Of a stretch of DNA of 64,000 bases, positions 1 through 11,757 are shown in pieces. The notes below the pieces were generated by a model. That model searched no databases, was not told the origin of the DNA, and saw only the letters and a program-made list of their open reading frames with translations. Source of the DNA: Eledone cirrhosa (lineage: Eukaryota); assembly GCA_964016885.1 (NCBI GenBank), contig OZ024743.1, forward strand, positions 312,914,001 to 312,978,000. The letters are read 5' to 3'. How positions within the stretch are numbered: position 1 is the stretch's first letter; every line of letters starts with the position of its first letter. The position numbers and the translations under genes were made by a program.

Positions 1-221
1 ATAGCTCCCACTTATGTGGGTTAAGCTGGCCTCCTATAGGGTTGCATCTTATAGTAGGTTTCTCAAGCGTTTTAATGATAGGAGCCCCATATCTATCATG
101 AAAAACAGTGTGAAAGGGAGTGTCTTGCTCAAAAACACAACTTGTCACATATCAAATGCATGATGTTATCATAAGACCAACATTCAAACCCTAAGGTCAC
201 ACACCCTCACAACCTCATTAA

Positions 222-634
222 ACCTTTAGTGTTCAAACCAGCCAAAACTGGCGAGAATTCTCTACCTCTTTCTGTTGAAACTGGCTGTAACCAGTCAGTC
301 AAACTGATGTTAAGGTATTGTTCTCAAAATAAATACTTTCAAAATCTCATAGATTCGATATTATGTGAGATAATTATGTGAGGTAAAGCCTTTACCATGA
401 AAATATAATTGTTTCTATTTTAAGCACAAGGCCAGCAATTACCCAGTACATTACTGGTACTTTATTTTATCGACCCCGTAAGAATGAAAGGCAACGTTAA
501 CCTCGGTGGGATTTGAACTCAGATCATAAAGGGACGTAACTATGCTTCAAAGCATGGTGTCCGACTCTCTACCGATACTGCCAATCCACATGAAAATATA
601 ATAGTATATATAGAGTAATGTGAATGCTAAAGGG
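222..634. mobile_element. piggyBac-type MITE (TTAA-flanked) interrupted by a SINE
   Basis: TTAA at 218-221 and 635-638; termini ACCTTTAG...CTAAAGGG; an uninterrupted inverted paralogue lies at 52886-53095. Confidence 0.7.
410..588 (-). mobile_element. tRNA-derived SINE, family 1 (central domain resembling Meta-SINEs)
   Basis: Minus strand has A-box TGGCAGTATCGG, B-box GAGTTCAAATCC and the central GCCTTTCAT...GGGGTCGATAAAATAAAGTACCAG motif; 14-bp TSD CATGAAAATATAAT at 396-409 and 589-602. Confidence 0.8.
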
Positions 635-2272
635 TTAATACTCTGTCAATCACCAAAATCTTGTACAGTAAATTACAAAAACAAAATATTTCACCTTTCT
701 TACATAATACTATGGACTTTAGAATAGGTACATTGTTGCTTATTGTATGATATGGTCCCTTAACTCCTAGTGGAGTCATAGGAGTGCAATTTTTTCATAT
801 GGTGTTTCTTGGGTATTTTAAGCCTGGCAGACCCCATCCCTCTTGATGTAAGAGATGATTAAAAGGGTTGGCACAAAGAAGGGCCTCTAACTGTAAAATA
901 TTGTCCCAAAAGAGTCCCCAATTACAGTGCCAGCAATGCTAACCTCTGCTTTAGCAAGGAAATGACATTAAAATACTTGCTGTGTTGTTGCCTTACATTC
1001 TTAGTGTGTGTGTGTTTATAATGGACATATATCAAGTCTTCATTCACCATTAGCCTGTGTGTGGTTGCACTACACTTCTTGTGCATTTATAGTTTATACA
1101 GAGTGCAGTGTATGGAATTTCTACCCCTTTTCTGAATATCAAGCATGGTTGTCTCCCTGCTTGTTTTCTATTTACACAAACCGTCACCATCACATTTTAA
1201 TTCATGCTTCATATAACCCTCAACATAGTGGCTCAATCTGCTAGAAATATCAGCCAAATTTCTTTCAAATTACACCCTATAATCTTAATGATTTTGTTAC
1301 TCTATTTCTAATAAAAGATATTTCCAATGATTTTCAGATAATTTTGAAAATAATCAAGAATTTGGAAAGATTTAGTAATGTAACTTTCTCATTATTAAAT
1401 TGGTGTTTGGACCATAGCTTAACAAAAGTTCTTACATAAAATTATGATAGAAATATTTTAGATAAATATAAACACTTTATAGAAGAAGCAACTTAAAGTG
1501 GTTTGATATCTAAAGGGTTAAAAAAAGGAGACATTGAACAATGTAGTACTATACATACAAAAAAGATGGAATGGGATGGTGATGGTGAAAATGTCTTTCA
1601 ATCAAATTAAACAACATAGAGAATCACTCTCCTGAAGAGATATAGCAGTTCTCAAATGTTTTTCTGCTTATGTCTAATTCTCTGAACAATTTTAAAGCCA
1701 GTTTCCCTCCTAGAACATGGGATAGCTATGTGAACTCAAATGACAGTGCTTCATGCTAATCAAGGGGCTCTTTTTGAAGCAATATTTTACAACTGGATAC
1801 CATTTCAGGCATTAACAATTTTAGTCACTTCTTATGACACACATGGACACTGAGTACCTATTCTAAACTGGATACACACATCATCATCATTTTATGTCTG
1901 TTTTCCATGCTGCTCTGAGACAAAACATGGCCAAATAACCACATCTTGCCCATACATTCCATATTTTCGTGTTGTCTTTGGTGTAACTTTTCACTATGAA
2001 TTTTTTTGTGAAATTTTAGAATCTAGTCATTGAGTTTTCATCATTCATTTTCACCAAATGTTCCTATTTCAGTAGTTTTCCTGCATATGATGATACTTGA
2101 TGCATTTAATTCTCAATCAATGCGGTTATGTTAGATTGCTTTTCAAATATGATACTTCAGGATTAATTTGTCAGAAGGAATTAGACTGATAGCAGATTAG
2201 GTCAAAACAAGAGATTAATAACTAATATTCAAACATAAAGAATCTAACACACAGACACATATAATATATGTG

Positions 2273-2327
<55 letters not shown>

Positions 2328-2364
2328 CACTGCTTGCAGGGAAAATGGACATGTGTTTGTATGC

Positions 2365-2403
<39 letters not shown>

Positions 2404-2440
2404 CATACATACTTACATACATGCTAATCAAGGGGCTAAT

Positions 2441-2839
2441 GAAGGTGCATGGCTTAGTGGTTAGAGCATTGGGCTTGCAATCAAAAGGTTGTGAGTTCAA
2501 TTCTCGGACCGGGTGATGTGTTGTTTCCTTGAGCAAGGCACTTTATTTCACATTGCTCCAGTTTACTCAGCTGTAGAAATGAGATGATAGGATTAGGGTC
2601 CCTATCATTCCACTGCAAAGTGGACGTGTAGGCGCCATGGAAAGAAAGCACCCAGCACTCACTGTAAATGAGGTTGGTGTTAGGAAGGGCATCCAGCTGT
2701 AGAAATCAAGCCAGAATCAGTTCCCGTATGAGCAAGACATGGTTCAGCCGACCGGACACTGCCCACAACAGGACAACCCGTCTAACCCATGCTAGCGTGG
2801 AAGAACGGACGTAAAATTGGTGATGATGATGATGATGAT
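2441..2839 (+). mobile_element. tRNA-derived SINE, family 2 (CORE-like centre, RTE-derived 3' tail)
   Basis: A-box TGGCTTAGTGG, B-box GAGTTCAATTC, CORE-like CCTTGAGCAAGGCACTT...CAGCTGTAGAAATG; the 3' ~220 nt are nearly identical to the RTE 3'UTR at ~55945-56169; (GAT)n tail. Confidence 0.85.
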
Positions 2840-2863
2840 ATGTATACACACACACACATATAC

Positions 2864-3045
2864 ATAATTGTTTCTACTTTTGGCACAAGGCCAGCAATTA
2901 TCCCAGTGCATTACTGGTACTTTATTTTACCGACCCCGTAAGGATGAAAGGAAAAGTTAACCTCGGCGGGATTTGAACTCAGATCATAAAGGGAGGTAAC
3001 TCTACGCTTCAAAGCATGGTGCCCGACCATCTACCGATATAGCCA
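2864..3045 (-). mobile_element. SINE family 1 copy
   Basis: Near-identical to 410-588. Confidence 0.8.
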
Positions 3046-3904
3046 AAGCATTAGTAATACTATAAACCTCTACATAGTAAAATGTCTGATCACAAAAATC
3101 ATTGCCTTAGGTTATAGATTTGTGTTTAAGAACTGATAAATAAACAATTCTTCCTATGAATAGGGTGCAAAATAATTATTTCATTGCCTTTACAAGCATT
3201 TCATTGTTAAGAACAACAATAATATTTAATTAATTAAATGCAAATAGAAAGCTTAGGAAATGTGTGGGCGGCTGAAATTTCAAAGTGTTTTGCTATAGAG
3301 CAAAGAACGTTTTGCTATAGAACAAAGAACAACAATAATAATCATCACTATAAAATAATTATGAATTGGGGTTATAAACCCTTGAGGTGAAAAATTTTTG
3401 TTCATGAAATTACTTAGTAAAGTCAGATATCTTACATAAATCTAACTGTATCAAAGTATATCAAGTATTCAGATATGTAGACCAGTTAAGGAAGAACATA
3501 ACGATCATTTGTTTTTGTTTTGAACTATTTCCGTTTCACATTTGAAAAGAGGATATTAGCCCTGAAATATCATGTCGAAATATATTGGATAAAACATTAC
3601 ATTGTTTTGTTTTGTCATCATTTGCCCTTTATATATTTCTACCATATTGAACAGGCTTTTTGAAACTTATCTGTGTGTGTGTGTGTGTGTTGTAAGCATG
3701 TCAGTTTTAGAATAGGTAGAATAGGTACACCATATCTCTGTGTCAGAAGATGTGACTAAAATAGTTGGTGAACAAACAGCATCTGGCTGTAAAACCATGC
3801 CTCAAAAAAGTTGCCGTGATTGAAGAGATTGAAGCCTATCATTGAGTCCCTTGTGATCACCTTCCTCTTTACAATATTCACCTTTTTACCGGTTGTCTCC
3901 ATAC

Positions 3905-4620
3905 ATTCTTAGCAAAAACCAAACTGTTAATATGTAGGAAAGAAGATGGGGCACTGATCTCATCAGGTAAATGGCTTTGCTTGATATGCAAAACAGTAGG
4001 CAGAAACTCTATACAATGTAAATCTTGGGTACACAAGAGGTGTAGTGGGATAACAGGCAGATTAAATAGGAAAGGAAGACTTTGTATGTAGTAGATGTTC
4101 AGGACCAAAAGATAGTACGAGTGTCAATAATAATAAAATAAACAATAATATAAACCTATTCCAACCCAGGAAAGACCCACAGAAGTGATTGATAGCTTCT
4201 GCTATCTGAGTGATATAGTTAGCAATGGAGGACGGTGTTCAGAAGGCATAGTAGCTAGAATAAGGACAGGATGGAAAATGTTTAGGGAACTGCTACCTTT
4301 GTTGATAAAAGGTTTCTCCCTACAAACAAACTATCAACTGTATGATGCTTGTGTGTGAAGAGACATGGGCAATGAATGCAGAGGACATGCAAATGCTGGG
4401 GAGAAATAAAGCAAGCATGTTTCGATAGATGTGCAATGTTAATGTGCGAGAATGACAAAGCATTGATGAGCTGAGGGAGAAACTGGGTATAAGAGGAATC
4501 AGAAGTAGTGTGCAGGAGAGAAGACTGTGCTGGTATGGCGGAGATGGTGAGAACTGATCTCAAATCGCTAAAACTCACAAAGGAACAGAACGAGTGGAGA
4601 AATATTATGCTGAAAAGGAC
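3905..4620 (+). pseudogene. Old degenerate RTE LINE ORF2 fragment including the PHD-like region
   Basis: Broken frames give [52 protein letters not shown], homologous to the ORF at 53789-55861. Confidence 0.75.
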
Positions 4621-4754
4621 GTGTTCAACCTATGTATGGGGCTAGAGAGTTGGTAGTGCATGGAAGGTCTTGCCAGAAGTGAGGAGCCAGTGACATCACA
4701 ACGATGCGTGAACCAAGTCTCTCTCTCTTGGTCCAAGTGGTGCAGCAGAGTGTG

Positions 4755-6750
4755 TATGACCTGTAATGACTGATGCAAATGAGTGTGTGAGTTTTGCTGT
4801 GTTCTCTGGTCAGACGTGAAACAGGTGAGCATCACACAGGAAGATTCAGTCCAGACATGAGTGGAGATGCAAAGATAGGTCCCTTTGCTTCTTATGACAA
4901 GTTATTTCGACAGCATTTATTATTATTATTATTTACTTTCTCCAACTCGCAGATATGGCGACAAAAATAATAATCGGTAGTGATGCAATCAAAGCCTTCA
5001 ACGATGAGGGAGATATTATTGCCTGAATTAAGAAGATAAAAGTAATCACTACACAACAAACATTCGAAAATGTAGCAGGCCTCAGTATCTTGAGGGTAAC
5101 GCACTGGCATTATACCTCAATTTAGACCATGCAGACCAACTGAATGTGGAGAAGATTGAGCAGCGCCTGAAGGAGGCATTCATTGAAGGATCATATGCTG
5201 CTTTTGCCAAACTATGAAAAGTGAGGTGGATCGGATAGCAGATGGATGTGCTTGCGGCAGAAATCCAGAGGTTAGCTACACTAGCCTAATTCACAGGAGA
5301 TAACTTAGAAAGGGTTATGCAGATGGTGTTCGTAAATGGTTTCCCCAACAAAATTTTCAGTGAGGCTCCAACATCTGCCAGGAACAACAAAATAGTCATG
5401 AGCGAGCTGATTGCACAGGCGCACCTGGTGACACGAGGTGTTAAGTGGAATGTTGTTAGCAATGATGGAAGCCCATAGCAGTTGACAGTGATTGACAAAC
5501 AGTGAGGGGAGAAGAGCCCCCACGAAAGCTCTGCCACAGGCATTTAATCAAATGTTAATGCTTCAGGTGTCAGGGTCCACATATGGCAAGGGACTGCAAG
5601 AAGCTGAAGCCTGAAATAATTTGCTACTGATGTAAGTGGGCAGGCCATAATCACTAAAAGTGGAGTTACTGCACCGATAGCTACCCCTGGAAGTGAGTAG
5701 AGGCATTCTTAGTCACTGCCCATAGTAGAGGTTCTGATAAGATCCCTAGCGGACACAAGCTGTACAATGTCTTTATTGACCCCAGACATGGTTATAAAGT
5801 AGAGTGGAATGAGTAGTGTTAGAACAGTTGACAACAGGGAAATTAGATGCAGAGGTAGCAGTGGGGTGGAGATTGCAGTATGAGGAATAAGAACAAAGCT
5901 GCGAGCGTTAGTGGATGGAATTGATGTAGTAATGGGCATGGATGCAATTGGCTGCTTATGAGGCATTACAGTGAGTGAGGAATGAAAATGTACTGTTCAT
6001 ACCATTCAAGATAAGGTTTTCCAGGCTGTGTTTGACAGTCAGTAGTGGATAGTTGAATGGTCCTGGAAAGGAGAGCCCCTGGAAAGCTAAAGAACAGAGT
6101 GAGCTGCTGTCAGCATACCGTGAAAGGGGCTGCTAGAAGTGAGTTTGAGGAGAGGTGCAAAGATGGAAGGTGGAGATAAAGAGCAGAGTATTGCCACTAA
6201 TAGCAGTAGTGCAACCAACAAAGAACAAGGTCAGGCCGGTGCTGGACTTTTGTGAACTGAATGAACACATGGTTACAGATGTCTGTGGAGAAACCTTTCG
6301 AGAGTGGAGACAAATGATGGAGGCTTCCATGATTGTTGACTTAATGTCGGCATATCTGCAGCTACATGTAGCTGAGAAACTGTGGTAATATCGGCTGGTT
6401 AGGTATAAGAGCTGGACATACTGCTTGACCAGGCTGACATTCGGGTTGAATTTGGCACCAAAGATCATGGTGACAGTCTTCAAGACCATTCTGGGAAAGG
6501 TAGCCAACTGGGACTCAGGTTGCGAAGAGACAAGACAAGCACATTAGTATTCTGAAGAGGAAATGAAGTCCCAGAACTGGACACCAGTATGGAGTGACAA
6601 AAACCTTTTTTGATGTTTGAGAAATCAGTGTGTCACTATCCAATCATGTGATTGCGCGAATGAGTTTGTGAGTTTTGCTATGTTTTCTGACTAGATACGA
6701 AACGGGTGAGCATCTTGCATGGAAATTCAGTCCGGACATGAGTGGAGATC
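4755..6750 (+). mobile_element. Decayed Gypsy/Ty3-like LTR retrotransposon
   Basis: Diverged ~110-bp direct repeats at ~4760-4870 and ~6640-6750; internal gag zinc knuckle (CFRCQGPHMARDC), protease-like LADTSC, and RT-like VLPLIAVVQPTKNKVRPVLDF / IVDLMSAYLQL / CLTRLTFGLNLAPKIM with stops and frameshifts. Confidence 0.7.
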
Positions 6751-7802
6751 ATGGAAAACATGCGTGAACACCATGGAAAAATGGACATGATGATGATTTG
6801 AATTAACAAATAAGCTTTAAAATATTTTCTGCTAAATAATTACAGGATTGTAAGAGTTAAAATCAATCAAAATAAATTTTGAATATGATCAAATCATATC
6901 AGAATTTAGATATCAATAGAGATAGGATTTTACTTTTTAAACATTATATATAAGAAATATGTTTTTAAATGAGTGAGTGATTGATAGTTGTTGATATTTC
7001 CAAAGGTGCAAGTTAATCTACAACCAGAACTTAATTTAATCTTCAGATTTAATCCAAGATCAATAACCGTCATAAACATCACTTAGATTTTAGAGGATTT
7101 AAAAAAATATGTATATACTGGTTTGAAATTGCATTTTAACTCCTCCCAGAAAATATCAATATGTCTGTAGAAAATAAAACATTATTTCAGTTCTGAATTC
7201 GTATTTAACCACTAGTACCATGATAAAATACATCTAGTAGACTGGTGCCACAATAAAATACACTCTAAGGTTTTCAGCATTTAAAAGGGCAAACAGCTGT
7301 AGAAATCAAAACAAATATGAACTAGACATGGTTCTCTGAACAGTCTAGTCTTGAAACATGGCTGGCATCCAACTTATGCCAGCATGGAAAGCAGACATAT
7401 GATGATGATTATGATGAAAACATGAAGTGATTTGGGTTTTTCTTTTCATAATTTCTAAATTATTATCATGTGTGCAAAGAAATATATACATACATATATA
7501 TATAGTAGAGAGTGGGGGCCCAACAGCTGAGCTCTTGCCATTTCAATATCAAATTCCAGACATATATATAAAGACCCACACACAGACACATTATATAAGG
7601 TGAGAGCAGATCTCATGATGCTAAACCTCAGACAAGAGTGTTTGTCTAATGACCCTATGAAAAGCAGGCAAAACAGAGAAACATAACTCACTATTTAGAC
7701 TTAATAAAATGAATATTTAAACTCTAATTCGATATTGAGTACACTTTTCTCTTGGCCGTCAACTACATACAGATATATATGTATATATATATATATATAT
7801 GT

Positions 7803-8009
7803 ACGTTATTCCTGGTTGAATCGGAGGTAACAACAGTAAGTAAGGTACTCAATACATAGCAGAGTATAAAAGTTTTAATATAGATGAGATTCTACAGGAC
7901 TAGAACTGTTTCATTCATTAGAAATCATCAGGAATCTGATGATTTCAGATTCCTGATGATTTCTAATGAATGAAACAGTTCTAGTCCTGTAGAATCTCAT
8001 CTATATTAA

Positions 8010-8013
<4 letters not shown>
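7803..8013. mobile_element. Penelope-like terminal repeat in inverted (palindromic) arrangement with hammerhead motif
   Basis: Perfect inverted repeat 7871-7939 / 7945-8013; CTGATGA...GAAACAG...CTGTA core; related fragments at ~9986-10060, ~11500-11545, ~41560-41705 and ~41748-41875. Confidence 0.6.
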
Positions 8014-8050
<37 letters not shown>

Positions 8051-9884
8051 AGTTGTGACAATGAGAATTATCTACTATCATTGAATAAATTAAAATAAAG
8101 AATAATAGATATAAAAATAAATAAATGAACATAAAAAATGCAAGGTTTGTCTGCCAAATTTGGAACAATTCATCAAATAAGGAGTTAATTGAGTTAGATT
8201 CTAAATGTGTACATTAATAGAAATACTCCTGAAAGACTTAAGCAACATTACGTTTGTCGACCTCCTCGTAATGGGCCCTGGAAACTGATCTGGATCAGGA
8301 GAAAGATAACATGAGACCAACCTATACACAAGAAGACGAAAGAAATGATAATTAAGAGCAAGATGGAGAATAGTATCTAGTAAGAGTCGTCTTAAAGAGT
8401 GAAAAAAAAAGGTGGTGAGGGGGTATGATTGAGACGTTCGTTTTTAAATGTTTTCACTGAGTAAAACGGATAATAATGTTTATATTAATTAATCTGCAGT
8501 AAAAAAATGTTTCCATATCATCGAAGACTTGTTGAAATTTATGAAATAATCGAGTCATTTCTTTGCACTTTTTTATTATCATTTTAAACAGATGACCCGT
8601 CATCGCAATATTTTCCTATATATTTTTAGATCTACACTTGTCACAGGTTTAATTTATATTCATTATCTTCTAAAATATATGAAGAAATACAGCTTAACAT
8701 TTATTTTTGCACGAAGACGTAGGCATCTATCTACATTTCTACAAAGGTAAATAGCGATAAAATAAAATAAAATGAAAAATAACAAACATTATACCAAACA
8801 GTAGTTCTTAGAAAACGGCTACTGCCGGTCTAGATTTTCAGTATTAATTAAAGACTAAATATTAAATTCTTTATTATTTATATATATGTAATTGAGAATT
8901 TAGATTTTTCTAATAAAATTTGTATGTAAATTTCACAAAAAAAAACGTTTCGGTTTTTATATTTCTTTCTCTCTCGTTCTGTCACTCGTACAAGCTTTTA
9001 TTAATATACGGAAGACTGAAAAGAATGTCAACAGTCGGTTTTATTCATTCTCCATAGTATAACAATTCTTTATCAAATAAAAATACGAATGTGCAAGATA
9101 ATGGCAACTGTACAAGTATAGGATCAGTTGTTAATCAAACAAGTAGCATTTACTTGCAGCGAGAGGGAGAGAGTAAGAGAGAGAGTAGCATTTACCTGCA
9201 GTCAGGAGAGATATACTGGAGAGAGGGAGGAAGGGAGGGGAAAAGAGTGTGTAGCATTTACCTGCAAACTAGAGAGAGCAGCGGAGGAGGGGAGAGAGGG
9301 GGACGAAAGAGGGAGAGAGGAGAGAAAGAGGAGGTGAGAAAGGGAGTGAAAAAAAACGAAAGCGGTTTGGGGGGGGGGGAGAAAACGACAGGAGGAAGAA
9401 AGCAGAGGGGTGTAAGAGAGAGGATTAAAGAGAGGGGTGCGACCGAAATGGAAGAATTTGAGAAGCGAAGCTTTACATGAATGGTTGTTTGAATAAGTAA
9501 TTATCAATCACGAGGACTAGCAACTACAAAAGCCTTCACAAGAATTTCAGGGAGAACATTTTTTTTTTTTAAATGGTTTTCTTCACATGCAGAAAGAATT
9601 TTATTGCTGTTAATTTAAGGGAATAAGTAAAATAAAATTACAGCAATGTAGTTTTGTTTTTAAATTAAGGGTGTAAAAAGGAAAAGAAAAAATTAAAAAA
9701 GTAAGACGAAATGCATAAAATTAACGTCACCGTTTCACTTCAAAAATGTATTGAAATTACAGCGCAGAGCTGCACGACTATATATATATTCACTCGACAT
9801 CTCCCCATGTATCGAGTACTCACATGATGAGTGATCTCCTTGGTCTCAGCACTGCAGATTCTCTCTCTCTGTATGTATACATAT

Positions 9885-9988
<104 letters not shown>

Positions 9989-10060
9989 CTCGTGTTCAAT
10001 TGAAGGGTAACCACAGTAATTAAGGTACTTAATACATAGCAGAGTATAAATGTTTAATAT

Positions 10061-10520
10061 AGAAATGGCTTCTACAGGACTATATATATATATGCATATA
10101 TATATATATACATATGCATACATATGTGCATATATATGCATACATACATATATATATATGTGCATATATATGCATACATATATATGCATATATATATATA
10201 CATACATACATATATATATATATGCATAGATATTTCTATTTATGCATACATATATATATGCATATATATATATATGCATATATATATATATGCATACATA
10301 CATATATATATATATGCATACATATATATATGCATATATATATATATGCATATATATATATATGCATACATACATATATATATATATGCATACATATATA
10401 TATATGCATACATCTATATATATGCATATATATATGCATATATATTTGTGCATATATATATGCATACATACATATATATATGTGTGTGTGAGTGTGTGTG
10501 TGTGTGCATGTGTGCATATA
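10061..10520. repeat. (TA)n-TGCA/TACA compound microsatellite
   Basis: Direct inspection. Confidence 0.95.
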
Positions 10521-10654
10521 TATCATGTCCAGCATCATCATCATCTTCGTTTAACGCCCATCTTCCATGCTAGCATGGGTTAGACGGGAGTTATCCCACT
10601 TGAGGCAAGGTTGGTCTGGTGACCGTGTCTCGCTCATATATATATATGCATATA

Positions 10655-11500
10655 TACTATACGCTAAAGGGTTCTCTCTAAAAATGAAAGGCAAGCTGTA
10701 TGATGCCTACATACGAACAGCAATGTTACATGGCAGTGAGACCTGGGCATTGTGTGCAGAGGATATACGCAGACTGGAGAGGAACGAAGCTTGCATGCTC
10801 CACTGGATGTGTAATAGTAATATACGTGAACGGCAAAGCATAAACGAACTAAGGGAGAAATTAGGAATAAGATGGATCAGATGTTGTTTACTCGAGAGAA
10901 GATTACGTTGGTACAGTCATGTGATGCGCATGAAAGACAGCTGTATAAAAAAGTGCAGGGCAATAAAAATAGATGGTAGCCACGGAGTAGGCAGACCCAG
11001 AAAAACCTGGGATGACTTGATAAATTCTGACTTCACACACTTACACCTCTCCAAGACAATGTCACTGGACCGAGACCTTTGGCGATACACAGTAATACAG
11101 AAGACCCGCCTTGCCTAAGTACAAAGCGAAACCTACAGTCAGTAGGCACCTCTAACAAAAATACACCCCCTGTCCCACTACCCCCACCCCATCCACACCA
11201 CCCCCTTCAATGTAAAGTTAAGTTGGTGCCACAACATCCAGTCCGAAACAAATGAGGTCGTGTAGGTGTCACGACAAAAAAAACACACAGTCCACGCTGT
11301 AATGTGGCCATGTAGGTAACACAGTAAAAACCTCCCAGTCCACACTGTAAATGTGGTTGGTGTTAGGAAGGGCATCCAGCCGTAGAAAACCCGCCAGACA
11401 GTCCTATACTAGCAGGACAACCAATCTTGCCTCAAGTGGGAAAATTCCCGTCCAAACCCATGCAAGCATGGAAGATGGACGTTAAACGATGATGATGATG
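10655..11500 (+). mobile_element. 5'-truncated RTE LINE, family B
   Basis: KGFSLKMKGKLYDA..RTAMLHGSETW...RRLRWYSHVMRM...GRPRKTW, then 3'UTR and (GAT)n tail; a short inverted tail piece precedes it at ~10533-10630. Confidence 0.9.
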
Positions 11501-11558
11501 ATACCTTACTTACTGTGGTTACCCCCGATTCAACCCAGGATAAACTTATATATATGTA

Positions 11559-11748
11559 TAATAATTGTTTCTACTTTTGGCACAAGGCCAGCAATTACCC
11601 AGTACATTACTGGTACTTTATTTTATCAACCCCGTAAGGATGAAAGGCAAAGTTAACCTCGGCGGGATTTGAACTCAGAATGGCAAGGGCCGTAACTCTA
11701 TGCATCAAAGCATGGCGTCCGACTCTCTACCAATACTGCCAATCCACC
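11559..11748 (-). mobile_element. SINE family 1 copy
   Basis: Near-identical to 410-588. Confidence 0.8.
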
Positions 11749-11757
11749 AATAATAAT

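Noticed and set aside
9091-9480. 129-aa E/R/G-rich ORF
   Set aside because: Product of a GA-rich low-complexity tract, non-ATG start, no recognisable domain.
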